A DNA stretch of 62,199 nt, counting the filler. It is 7 parts of 7 records of this genome, joined end to end, with 100 filler letters (N's around TTAATTAATTAA, not from the genome) between each part and the next. Parts side by side here need not be neighbours in the genome. Positions count along the whole stretch, not along the records: positions 16,783 to 32,572 come from SRR2962707_2267; positions 32,673 to 39,072 come from SRR2962707_2269; positions 39,173 to 44,514 come from SRR2962707_2271; 4 more parts are not named here. One strand, 5' to 3'. A program made the position numbers and the translations under genes. Shown piece after piece: positions 30,590-43,100 of the stretch (its first letter is position 1; every line of letters begins with the position of its first letter). Under the pieces are notes generated by a model. That model was not told the origin of the DNA and did no database searches. It saw only the letters and a list, made by a program, of their open reading frames with translations.

Positions 30590-32572
30590 TCGCCGACCTT
30601 ACACGCCGCCAAGATTGCCATGTTCAGAATATCATTTGCCGTCGATGTTGTTGAACAAATCTGGATCGATTTATCCAAGCCCGTCAAAATCGGGCCAATC
30701 ACCGTTGCACCCGCCATTTCCTGCATCAATTTAACCGAGATGCTTGCCGAATGCCGCGCCGGAACAACCAAAATATTCGCGGGCCCCGTCAACCGCGAGA
30801 ACGGATAGTTCTTTTGGCTTTCGGCATTCAGCGCGACATCAACGGTCATCTCGCCTTCGTATTCAAAGTTAACGCCGCGGGTATCAAGAACGTTTGGCGC
30901 GCGTTGCATTTTCTCGGCACGCTCGGAAATTGGATAGCCGAATGTGGAAAAGCTGACAAAAGCCACTCGGGGTTCAAGCCCCAGATGCCGCGCAACTTTG
31001 GCGCCGCTTTCAGCAATGTTCGCCAGATCATTTTCGTCGGGCCATTCATGCACCAATGTATCGCCGATAAACACGATCCGGCCTTTGTGCAGAACGGCGG
31101 TGATGCCGACCGCACCATGTTGGGCGTCAGCGTTGAAAACGTGGTTAATACGTTCGAGCACGTGGGCTGATTTGCGTGTCGCACCTGTTACCAGACCATC
31201 ACCATGCCCGTGCGCCAACATCAAAGCTGCAAAAACATGGCGGTCGCGCGCGGCAAGACGATGAATGTCTTTGCTGTCAAAACCCCGACGTTTCAGGCGG
31301 TCATATAGAAACGTTTTATATGCTTCCAAGTGGGTTGTATTGGCCGCATTCACGACCTCCAACTCGCGATAGGCATCTTCCAAACCGGCGGCGGCCAGTT
31401 TGGCTTTTACGTCATCGGCACGCCCGACAACCAACGCCTTGCCCAGACCGGACCGCTGATAGGTCACGGCCGCGCGCAGCACCTTGGGGTCGTCGCCTTC
31501 GGCAAAGATCATGCGCGCTTGGTTCGCACGGGCACGGGCGTTAATCCCGCGCAAGATGTTCGCCGTCGGGTCCATGCGCGACTTCAGGCTCAGCTCGTAG
31601 GCGTCCATGTCGATGATCGGGCGCCGCGCCACGCCAGTGTGCATACCGGCGCTGGCCACGGCGGGCGGAATGCGGTGGATCAAACGGGGGTCAAACGGCG
31701 TAGGGATGATGTAATCACGGCCAAAGCTCAGGTTTTTACCATAGGCCAACGCGACCTCGTCCGGCACATCCTCGCGCGCTAGGTTTGCCAACGCATGGGC
31801 GCAGGCGATCTTCATTTCGTCATTGATGGCGCGGGCGTGAATGTCCAACGCACCACGGAACAGATAGGGAAAGCCCAGCACGTTGTTCACTTGGTTCGGA
31901 TAGTCACTGCGACCCGTTGCAACGATGGCGTCAGGGCGAACTTCGTGTGCTTCTTCGGGTGTGATTTCGGGATCGGGGTTCGCCATGGCAAAGATCACCG
32001 GATTATCCGCCATGCTGGCAACCATCGCCGGGGTCACAGCCCCCTTGACCGACACACCCAAGAACACATCGGCGTCTTTCATCGCCTCTTCCAGGCTGCG
32101 CAGTTCAGTGGCGGCAGCATGGGCCGATTTCCACTGGTTCATACCTTCGGTACGGCCCTGATAAATAACGCCTTTGGTGTCACACATGATGCAGTTGTTA
32201 TGCTGTGCGCCCATCGCTTTCAGCAGCTCAAGACAGGCGATCCCGGCAGCCCCGGCACCGTTCAACACAATGCGCACGTCTTCGATTTTCTTGCCGGAAA
32301 TATGCAGCGCGTTCAGCAGACCGGCCGCACAAATCACCGCCGTCCCGTGCTGGTCATCGTGAAAGACGGGAATATCCATCTCTTCTTTCAGACGCTGTTC
32401 AATGATGAAACATTCCGGCGCCTTGATATCCTCAAGGTTAATGCCGCCAAAGGTCGGGCCCATCAATTTAACCGCATTGATGAACGCTTCGGGGTCTTCA
32501 GTATCCAGCTCGATATCGATCGAATTCACATCCGCGAACCGTTTGAACAGAACCGCCTTGCCTTCCATCACC
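30586..32572 (-). CDS. maeB: NADP-dependent malic enzyme with PTA domain, 5' end truncated
   Basis: INLEDI, FHDDQHGTA, GAGAAG and TGRSDYPNQVNN motifs, followed by a phosphotransacetylase-like domain (FAEG, EGEM). Confidence 0.95.
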
Positions 32573-32672
32573 NNNNNNNNNNNNNNNNNNNNNNNNNNNN
32601 NNNNNNNNNNNNNNNNTTAATTAATTAANNNNNNNNNNNNNNNNNNNNNNNNNNNNNNNNNNNNNNNNNNNN
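32573..32672. other. Artificial contig spacer
   Basis: 44 N + TTAATTAATTAA + 44 N. Confidence 0.97.
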
Positions 32673-33012
32673 CACTCACTCACTCACTCAATCACTCAAT
32701 CACGCACTCCGCAACCTAGAGGGGAGGAGCCACACACACACACACCCACTCACATGCTCTTCACGAACTCTTCATGAACCTTATTAACTTACATTTAAGC
32801 TCACGAACTCCTCGCGCACTCCACAAACTCACGAACTCTTCATCACGAACTCCTCGCGAACTCCTCCTCACACACTCATCACGCACTTTTCAAACTCAGG
32901 AGCTCATCACGCACCCCTCGCGAACTAACTCATGAACTCGCCACGCACTCACGCACTCATTTACTCATGAAATTATTCACGAACTCAATGAACTCATGCA
33001 CTTACAAACTCA
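32673..33012 (+). repeat. Degenerate CACT / CACGAACT satellite
   Basis: (CACT)n followed by many variants of TCACGAACTC, CACGCACTC and CATGAACTC. Confidence 0.8.
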
Positions 33013-33166
33013 AGCAAGTCATTTTTTTGTCCACGTCACTCTCGACGCTATCTGTCTCTGTTTGTGTCAAAGAGCTTCTCTCGCATCTGCCTGTCTACCT
33101 TTCTTTCTTTCTTTCTGCTCCCCATTGGCCGTTGTAGCGTTATTGTGGAGCCTCTTCTCGAAAGGC

Positions 33167-35960
33167 ATGGCCGAGATCAATCACACGTCGTCGTCGTCTT
33201 CTCCTTCTCCGGCAGCACAGGCAGCAGGAATCGGATTTGCCTCCGCAGTTGCGTGTGGAGTTGCGGCGTTTCAATACCTTCAAAAGCGCCGCCCAGCGTT
33301 CGTAGCCTCCCATCTAGGCGGCGTTGACGAGGGCGATGAGGACTCCAAACCTGTGACAGAGCGGCGGAACGCATTGAGTGCAAATATGCACAGTGCTGAC
33401 GCGATAGAGATGTTTGAAATAGGGCACCGCGTGGACCGCCAGATTATCGACAGTTTCAAGGACTTTCCTCGGTTAGACAGCCCTGAGAAGCTGAAGCTCG
33501 TTCAAGACAGCGTCTCCTTGGTCGCAGAAGTGCTGGAAAAAAGCGTCGCAAAGAATGTCACTGGCTCAACGCAGGCGCCGCCAGTGGCGGCTCACCGCGT
33601 TGTTCTCAGTGGATCGGGCACCAGTGGCAGAATTGGTTTTTACGTTGCGAGGAAGTACAACGCACTTCTCCGGCAGCTGGGAAAGCCAGAAGTGTTTGGG
33701 TACGTGCTTCGATTGCTTTTTGACCAGAAATACGGCGATTTCAATGCTCACTGAAAAACTGATCGGTTGCACAGGGTGTACGGTTGCAATCACATTCAGC
33801 TTGTGCATTGTGCAGATACACGATTAGCGGAGGCGATAGTGCTCTGTTGCTGAGTGACGAGTTACCAGAGGATGATCCTCAGGCTGGTGTTGCAGATCTT
33901 CACGCACTTTGCGGGGGGCCCCAACACCCTTGCCTCATCATTGGCATTACATGTGGGCTGTCCGCGCCCTACTGTGCGGGTCAGGTAGACCACGTGCTTG
34001 ACCGTATTGATGTAGAAGAAAACGATGAGAGGACGAACACGAGCACTGAATTCAGCGGGTCGGCAGCTATTCTAATGGGGTTCAACCCTCCTGAATTGGC
34101 ACGCAACGTCCCGATCGAGCATTGGGCAGGGCGCAATGCTGGAAGCAAGACTGTTCGCGATGTTGTGAAACGTGTGCATACCCGCATGACAGACGATCTA
34201 TCCAACAGCCAACGCTCTGCCCCGCGCGCGGTCCTACTGAACCCCATCATTGGACCAGAGTTTGTTTGTGCATCAAGTCGCATGAAAGGAGGCTCGGTGA
34301 CGCTGGTACTCTTGGAGGTAATCTTCACGCGCGCCATCTGCGAAGTTTTTGGGCCAGATGTTGCGAAGCACTTTGGGGAGGCCGGGGCTGGAACTTGCAA
34401 CGCCAGTGTCGCAGATCTAGTTCAGACTTATAGTCAATGCATTGACGAGGCTTACTCTCCCTACAACCGTGCCGAAATTGCCCCGCTGTTGAAGCTTGCG
34501 GGAGATAGCCTAAGCGCGGGCGGCCACCTGTATTGGCTGGGTTCAGAGGGCAATCCAAGGTCCAACGTTGTCGCTGCAGCAACCTCTGGGCCTGTGGCCG
34601 GTAATGGTGGCGTGCTTGCTTTGATTGACCAGTCTGAAATGCCAGACACATACGGCTGTCCCTTTTCTGACATCCGCGGTTTTGTGCCCCAGAGGCAAGT
34701 TGTGTGTTGGGTATTTTGTCTTTTGGAAGTCTGAGTGTTCTTGTAGAATGGATTGCGTCGCTAACTATGCCATCTTCTCGCGCGTTTTGACAGTTGGCGT
34801 GGTCTCGGCAATGTAGCTGGCGATCTGTCAGCTCAAAGTGGTAACGCCTTTGAGCTCTCATCCTGTCGTTTGTGGGGGAAATACTATGCCAACGCATGTT
34901 TCTAATGCAAGTTTTCGATGTCTGTTGCTAGGCCTCCACCGCATTGGCATCTCACACTTTAAAGAAGACGTTTTGCCAAGCATATCAGGCAATGATGTGG
35001 TCGTTGTAGTTCTTGGTGTTGGAGAGGACACAACAGTCGAGGTGGAAGCTGTTTGCCGCGACGCGGCATCACGCGGCGCGCATCTTGCCGTTGTTGCGAT
35101 GTCGTGCGCGAGTGACCAACTCACATCAACCCCGCGTTGGCAAACGAACCTTCCAAGACCTGCCGTTGCGGCGGCTCTTCAGCTAGCTCGTGTTGATCTA
35201 CTGCCGAACACAGGATCTCTAGCTGACTTAAGCATGAAAATGCTGCTCAACGTGGTGTCAAGTGGAATGCAGGTTCCGTGCGGGTGCGTGCAAGTGGCCG
35301 AGGCGCCCTTGACTCCAGGTTCTGTCCAGATTCATGTCACTTCTTTATCGCCGCTGCTGACGTTGCATGGGGATGTGTAGGCGCATTTTCCGGAATCTGA
35401 TGATTAATTTCAGTCCATCCAACGACAAGATCTATAATCGCTGCATTCACCAAATTGCATTTTGCGCAAGATGTTCACGTGCCAACGCTGAATTGGCGCT
35501 TATTCGGGTCAGTGGTTGCATCGATCCGCTTGTGGAACGTACAGCGCGACCAAGCAACGTGCGTGACTTGTGTTGTTGCGTCCTAGGCGATTCGAAAAAC
35601 AGACCGCGTGACCATTCGAGCAGCGCTTGCTCCGAAATCAGACCACATTCGCCTTGCCACCCCCCAGACAGAAGCAGAGAAAAACATTCCACAAATTGTT
35701 CAGGCTGCTGCCATTTTGCTTGCGTCTGGCCGATGCAAGACCTACGCACAGGTGCGACCATGTTCTGATTGATCCGTTTTCTTCAATGTCGCTGTTGGGG
35801 CCGCGAAGGAATGATGGGCAGAACACTTTTTCGGATTTGTGGTGCATTGGCACTATTGCTCGTGACACATGGCTGCATTGCACCGCACTCGTTTCATCCC
35901 TCTTCATAGGCGGAGGCACTTTTGCGACGTGGAGCCCGCGTGCAATTTGACAAACTCTGA
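33167..35960 (+). CDS. Glucokinase regulatory protein-like (GCKR/MurQ double-SIS), spliced eukaryotic gene
   Basis: VVLSGSGTSGR, YTISGGD, GITCGLSAPY.AGQ.D, MGFNP..AR, NPIIGPE...SSRMKGGS and KMLLNVVSSG..GRIFRNLM motifs. Introns 33700-33815, 34695-34793 (GC-AG) and 34841-34931 restore frame, followed by three more introns. Confidence 0.85.
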
Positions 35961-36126
35961 AGCAACGTGGTATGAGATTGAGATTGCCCACAACCGCAGT
36001 TATTTTTTGAAATGAAAGCCCTTTTAAACAATTGCGACTATCGACGACGAAGTCATGTTGGTACTTGACTGTGTAGCAACGCTGCTCTCACACCTTGCAC
36101 CTGAAGTAGTCAATTCACTTATTCAC

Positions 36127-38651
36127 TTATGTCACACTGAGCGCGGCCAGCTCATTGGAGTGTGCCTTGAGCTGTTGGAAAAGGTCTTTGTGTGGCGACC
36201 CCAGACGTTCACCGAGGGATGCGAGCGCAAGGCTATTGAAGTCGGCATCCTTGTCTTTCTCGATTGCACGAAGCTGCATGAGGAGTTGCTGCACACGCAG
36301 ATCCGATGAGTTTTGCAATTTTTTGTACTCATCCCTTAAACGCTCAACTGCTTCTTCGGCAACTGCTCGAATGTTGGATTCTGTTTCGAACTTGGCCTTA
36401 AGGCGGTTGTATCTTGATATCACGTTCACGGCAAACACAAAATTCAACAGTTAATTGTCGACAAGCAAATCATAGGACCCAAAATCAGGACACCCCGCGA
36501 CACTCAACAGATACGGAACCGACGCGTCTCCAGCACGTACTTGTCTTTCGCCTTGGCCAAAGCTCTTTGGCATCTAGCTTTCATCGCAGCCGTGCCAGCA
36601 TCAGCGTCGGAAACACGTTTTTGCGCTCGCTCAATTTCTGATTTTAGCGCTGCCTTTTCCTTCTTCAGTTGAAGCCCCAGAAGCTGCTTTTCCTGGGCCA
36701 ATTCAGAATGCATCCGCTCCCGGGTATGGGATCGCTACCACGCAAAATAGTCCAAATTGCAAATTGTGAAAACAACTTTCGAAACTTGCTGCACTACACT
36801 GATTTAGACGCGAGAGTGGCATAAGCACGCGATTGGGTCGTACCTCCACTTCGGTGTTTCGAAGTTGCTCAACTTCCGCCTCAAGCCGTTTCTTTGCCGC
36901 CGCTACACTCTGCAGTTCCAACTTGGCTTTGCCGTATGCCTCATCCATAGCCTTAAAATTTCCCTCTAATGTGGCCAACTTGGAGCGAAGTTCTCGCAGC
37001 TCCACACTGCGGGTTGCAGCCTGCTCCTCCGCAATGGCCTTTGCACGACCCGCCTCTTCCGCTGATGCGGCAGCGGCATCAATCTTTTCATGCGCTGCCT
37101 CTAACACCTTTTGGCCGTTTTGGTTCAAAACTTTTACCTAGTGACAAGATGTCAAATACGGCAAGGTCAAGCTCAGTTGCTACTTTGCGCAGTCAGCAGT
37201 CGCCGCACGTTTTGGCGTTTCATTTTATCAGTTCTGCTTAAAGAGCAGAATGCCTTCATTTTCCCACAAACCTCCTCCTGCGTCTCACGAAGGTGTCGCT
37301 CAACAACACTCTTGCTGCTTTGCAACTGCTGCATCCGGCTGTTGATGCTCTGCATTGCACGTTCTTGTTCATGTCGCAGTCGTGACACTGCTCGGTTAAG
37401 GTCCTCAATCTCTTTATTTTTTTGCATTGTAACCCGCTCAGCCGCCAGTCGCTCTTCTTTCAGCTTGGCATCAGCAGCGCGAATTCGTTGCTCGTACTGG
37501 GATTCCACCTGAATTAGCATGGCAGAATGGTCATCTTTCAGATGTGTGTTCTCCTGAGTCAATTGGTCGCAGAGCATTGTTTGAGATTCCAGTTTTTGGT
37601 CGCTGTCTGAGAGACGCAGCCGCGTCTCCTCCAGGCGTTGTTGCAACGCGTTGATGGATGCAGCTTGGGCATCGTGTTTGCTTTGGCTTTGCTCCAATTC
37701 GCACTGCGCCTTGAGCAGTTCTCCTTTAAGTTCTGACAGCTGTCGAGTGGTCAGCAAGGCGCTCGCGTTCATGGCAACAACCACGTCTTCTTTCTCCTTT
37801 CGGAGATCTTGAAGCTCTTGCGAAAGCTCGCGGCGTACAACCTCAAGCTCAGAAATCTTGCGTTCGAGGTTAATTACCTGTCCAGACACAGGATGGGTCT
37901 GCCATTGGCGTTCAGAAGTTGGAAATAATGACATTCGCCAACGCAAGCAATGACATAAAACGGTAGCAGAGGTAAGCGTCTTGAGACGACATAAGAAAGC
38001 CTTTGAAGTTTCCATGCTGTGCCAAACGGACGAAAGACTACAAACATGACGACGCACGGATTTCGTTGTTGCTCGCAGATCTTGCATTGACTGTGACACG
38101 CGATCGAGAGCCGCCTTGTGTGACTTTTCAAGCCCCGCCACCTTGCGCCGGTGAGCTTCCTCAAGATGCTTCTTTTCGTCCAGCAGCAAATCATGCGCCC
38201 GCTTGTGTTTGAAATAGAGATCCCGGAACTTTTCCACATCAGCCTCCGCGGTCGCTACCTTCCCACGAAACTTGCTTGAAAGCTCCTCAAGAATCTGCAT
38301 TCGAATTATTTGCAAATCTTGTGGACCGCGGCGTGCTAAATCAGCTTGTACGTTCGCGAAATCCACCGACTGCTTTTCAAATTGCGCCCGCAGATCTCGC
38401 AGAGCATTTTCAGATTTCTTGTCACCTTCTGCCTTGGCTTGCTGCATGCGCACATAGTTCACCTCGGACTCTTGAACAACCTCCGTTAAACGCGCATTCT
38501 CGTTTCGAAGCTGTTCGTGGGACTGCATCAAAGTCTCATTTTGAGATTTCAGCGTGTGACAAATCGCAGTCGTCTTGGACAAATTCTCCTGGAGTCCTGC
38601 TATTTGCTGCAGCAGCTCAGTGTATCGACTGTTTGCAACTTGATGAGCCAT
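36127..38651 (-). CDS. Coiled-coil protein, CEP83/CCDC41-like (centriole distal appendage), spliced
   Basis: Long heptad ORFs linked by GT-AG introns. PQDLQIIRMQILEEL..VEKFRDLYFKHKRAH resembles the conserved CEP83 N-terminal block as recalled. Confidence 0.6.
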
Positions 38652-39039
38652 GTTGGAATCCAAACCGACAACGCCGCTTTCCACGGCACCCCGAGAGAAA
38701 CCGAGCTTTTCCTTTTTTCTTCGTGCATTTGTGACCGTAAGAGAAACAATCACATCACAGTTAGCACACGAAGACACCCAAATCCAAAGCCCCAAATATC
38801 CCCGAATACAGCCCCCCTTGCAGCCCACGCACGCAACACAACACACCTACCTCGCAGAACGCGTCAAGTCACTATTGATTCTGTTCCTTCGAGATTCTTG
38901 GAAGGAAAGCCTCCCTTTCGCTTCAACACGTGCTCCCTGCGACCATTTCCACGAGTGTGCTCGTGAAGCCACACCACCACAGGCCAGGCCAAGCAAGAAA
39001 AACAAGACAAACAAGACAAACAAGAAACACACCGGAAAG

Positions 39040-39072
39040 CGAGCGAGAGTGAGTTCGTGAGTTCGTGAGCGA
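39040..39072 (-). repeat. CACGAACT satellite copy in reverse orientation at contig end
   Basis: GAGTGAGTTCGTGAGTTCGTGAG is the reverse complement of CTCACGAACTCACGAACTCACTC. Confidence 0.7.
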
Positions 39073-39172
39073 NNNNNNNNNNNNNNNNNNNNNNNNNNNN
39101 NNNNNNNNNNNNNNNNTTAATTAATTAANNNNNNNNNNNNNNNNNNNNNNNNNNNNNNNNNNNNNNNNNNNN
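39073..39172. other. Artificial contig spacer
   Basis: 44 N + TTAATTAATTAA + 44 N. Confidence 0.97.
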
Positions 39173-39498
39173 CCTCACTCTCCTTCACTCTCCAACCACC
39201 TCCCTTTGTGGGTGTGTGTTCAGGCCCCCCTCCCCTCCCTCCCCTGGGCGCCAACCCCATTCACTCGTTTTCAACTTCGCACTGTTGCTCTCACCCTCTC
39301 CTGAGAACGCGCTCGCGGACCCGTGGTCAGTGAAGTTGACTGGCACTGCTGAAAAGCAACAACGAACGAACAAACGAAAAACTTCTTCTTTTTTTTTCTT
39401 CCCAAACCACGCTTTCAACGTTCAAACGGACCAACGGACCAACAAACTACCTACTTGCGACCACCACCCGCCCACACACACAAGACCACTCCTAGACA

Positions 39499-39783
39499 AT
39501 GTGTTGGAAGACAACCTGCGGAAACTGCGGCAAGGCCACCTGGGGGGGCTGCGGCGCCCACAAGGAAGGTGCCCTCCGAGGCGTTCCGGAGGACCAACGA
39601 TGCCCTGGCTGGCGCACAGGCCGCTGCTCAGCAGCTGCGAAGCCCGCTGTGTCTAAGCCAGCTTCTACCACCACGACACAGACAGCCTACTCCCGGTCTG
39701 TCACTGCTGCCAAGCCGTTGAACTCGCAGCAATCCAGCACGTCCCGTGCTGCCTACCACATGTTCCACAGCAGTGGGCGGTAA
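39499..39783 (+). CDS. Small Cys-rich, putative zinc-binding protein of unknown function
   Basis: MCxxxxCxxCGKxTWxGCGxH..VP..QRC pattern, recalled from uncharacterised fungal/plant/protist proteins. Followed by an AT-rich 3' region. Confidence 0.75.
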   Translation: MCWKTTCGNCGKATWGGCGAHKEGALRGVPEDQRCPGWRTGRCSAAAKPAVSKPASTTTTQTAYSRSVTAAKPLNSQQSSTSRAAYHMFHSSGR

Positions 39784-40147
39784 TTACCCGATGCAGTTGT
39801 TGAATAGAAGGCAGGCGATGCTACTATTCCTCCTATTTATTTCAAACTAGATAATGATTTACTTTTTCCCTTGCAACAAACACCACCGAGACTTCTCGTT
39901 AACAATGAACTGGCTTGACCGATGTTCCATGTCGATGTCTTCATTCTCTTTTGTTCGTTCTCCCGCACACAAACGCGACACTTGCTTCACGTGAGCTGGC
40001 TCGGCTCGATGATCCGATTGGCTGGTTTTTCAAACAATTCGCTCTCGCGCAGCAAACACTTCTCCTACTTTGCGTGTTGAATAGCCTCACGCCAGATCGA
40101 ACTCGCATCCACACACGTCTGGCGAGTGCTTCCCCGTTGGTTCACAC

Positions 40148-43100
40148 TCACACTGAGGAGGAATCCGAGTCAGCGCCTCGCCGTAGGCGCTCTCGCGAGA
40201 GCCTCGCGGCGCGAATCACTTGATCCGACAAGCGCTTGCCGTCTCCGCCCTCGCCGTCACGACGCCCCAATAACGGGGAACGATTCAGCGACGTGTCTGA
40301 ATCAGTTTCGTCAAGGAAGTTGCTGAAAAGCATTTTCGCAGTCGCGACGACCTTCATTTTATTCATTGGCGTTGAAATCTCGGAAGCGCCCCCACCCCCA
40401 ACGCATGCATCTCCATGGACGCCGGTGCGAGAATCCGCAGATTCAGTCAGTGCGTACGCAGCTGCAAACACGGGAACTCGACTCACAAGCTCAACAACGG
40501 CTGCAAACGTAAAGCCAACTTGGTGACCTGTGGAAAGGAGGGTACAATGCCACAACCACGTCACGATCAAAAAAAATGTCACACAGCTCAGCTTCATCGT
40601 AAAAGAGAAGAGTGTGTTGGGCGTCGAAGCTAATTTCAGTCGTTGTTGCGCACCTTGAAGAACTTCGAGTAGAAGCTGCTTTTCTGCGCCAGTCATGTGC
40701 ACGACAGCAGGACCATGCGTTGCTGACAGACGTGTCAAGCGGGGTCTGCCAAGGAGGGGCCTGGCTCCGCCTTCTTCCGGTGGCACTGACGGGACCGGAG
40801 GGAGGCACTCCCGGTAGAAGCTCGCTACTCCACGTTGGTGTCTCAGGACATAGGTCACGCGGCCAAGCCAAGCGAGCAATAATATCACTTGGTGTTTGTG
40901 CACGGTGTTGACCTTGAACTGGTTGAACACGCCAAATGCGACGCGAAGTTTTTTCCGAGCAGGTACCTGTCGCGGGAACATGTCGCGAGCATAAATGTGG
41001 TACTGGTAGTCGCATGTTTCGCAATTTATGTTCACGATGCGCGCATGTTTCGCAAAGGAAGTGGCAGCGACACTCCCAACACTGAGACAAAGTCGCACCC
41101 GGTCATGTGGCTCCAGGAACACCACTGCGCACAGAAACTCCGCAAAAGATATGGAGCCATCATCATTAAAGTCAAGTGCGGAAAAATAGCTATACAAACA
41201 GCAAGTGTCACAGGAACCCCCCCCCAAAACAAAGAGATACAATTAGGTCGGGGTACCTGTCCCAAGAGCGTAAGACGGGAAAAACAGCGGCGTGACGAAC
41301 GTGAATGCCCCAGGCTCAACACCGCGGGTGGATGATATCGCCTGTGGCCTTGTACTTTCGTCAGGAAATAACTTTTCAATTAGAGTAGCGAATCCTTGGG
41401 CGTCTATCCATCACCAATCAACACAAAACCAACACAGGCAAAGTTCGGAGGCGTCATTTGATTCCTTCAGTGAGAAACGAAGAACGGATACAAATGCATT
41501 CAGAATCACATCACGACGAACCAACGCGAAAGTGGTCAATGACAGGGGCGTAGCAGAAAGAATGGAAAAGGTTAAAAATCTCGTCAAATCGTCGGGAGTA
41601 GTCGGTTTCGACATGACTGGAGGTACAGTGCTCGCCATCAGCAGCAAAGTCAAACTGCTGGCGGAAAGAAATCCGGGCTTCCTCCATGACGTTTTGCTCC
41701 ACATCTGCAGCATGTCGCCGGCCTGATGCTATAAACTCTATCCTAATGCGCTCATTCATGTCCTTTAGCTCTTCCATGAAAGTGAAGGCGTTCCAAGCAG
41801 CAGCCATTTCCTCCTAAACATTGAATGCGAGCATAATTCGGAGACACAGTCCACAAAGGAAAACCAATAAGTGCCGACAGCCACCCCCCACAGGTGGATT
41901 TTTTTGGAGTAGCGGCAATCACACAATCTCAAACCTGCACCGCAGAATGAAATTCCACCACATTGAAACACTCCTCTGTCAGGCGGCGTGAACACCGGTT
42001 TAGAATCACCATCTGGACGACAGAACCAACAAAAAATACCAAGTTGAGCTCTGAAGGAAATATTGTCAGCGAGAGTGCTGCGCCACGCAGCGCAGGCTTT
42101 GAGTTGATGAACATTGACCATCGTTACACACCAGACCAGCTAGAAGGACGCGACGTCCATACAGCAAGAACACGTCAAGAAACCGGAGCGTGGTGATGGT
42201 CGGAAGGTGGCCTGTTGCAAAAAGAAATATGGAACAAATGAATAAGAGAAGGCGGCTTCGTGTGGCATGTGGTACCAATTCTACATTCACATACCGACAA
42301 ACAAGCTCATCATGGGAGCCGCAACGATCATGTTCGCATCCACGCCGATGCGATTCATGTGGGCGCGAAGATCAGGGTTGATAGTGGAGATCAAGTCCTC
42401 CAAGATTAGGAAATCAACTAACAGTCCTGTGCAAGTGAATGGTAAAATCCATGCGTGGTGATGAACAGGTGCAGTAATTTTGCAGCCAAGAACTGTTGTG
42501 TTTTGTGAACCACATCAAAACGGCAGCACCAAACAAACCTTGAAGTGAGACGGCGTAATATCCTGGACATAGCTCTTCCACTATTCGCACCAGCGCAAAG
42601 AACGCTGCCTCTTCTGATGGAAGGACCAGCAAAAGAAACCCTGCAACAAAATTGAGCGACTGACAGTAGCCAGTGGCGCGATTGTGGCACGAAAAAGCAA
42701 GCAGAACTCGCCGTAGTTGGTCCTGGCCCTCCCTGAAATAACATTCATGTGTACACAAGGCAGAAATCAGCATCGATTTTGGCCCAGGAGCTTGTCAGTA
42801 CTCGCGTCACACAACGACAAAGTCTACAAGGACGTGTGGTTTTGACTTTCGTCTAGGAAACGAGGTCCACGACGAAAAACGTACCCCGGGGCGGAGAGGC
42901 TTGTGCGGGCGCCTGAAAAGGTGCGATTCAAATCAAGCTCGATTTGTGCAATCATGGGGCCATCCACAAAGGATTTCCCTTTTTGCACCAAAGTGGCGAC
43001 ATCTTCTAACGTAGCAGTGCCCGTTTTTGGGAGCTGCATTGAGTTGGCTGAAATGTGCTGACACAAATCCGGATTTTGCTGAGGAGAAATGAAAGAAAAT

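Noticed and set aside
16683-32672. Horizontal transfer of bacterial DNA into the eukaryote, or between the two bacteria
   Set aside because: The junctions are artificial spacers; no real sequence joins the segments.
32750-33012. CRISPR array or telomere
   Set aside because: Units are short (8-10 nt), degenerate and irregularly spaced, with no unique spacers, no cas genes and no homogeneous telomeric unit.
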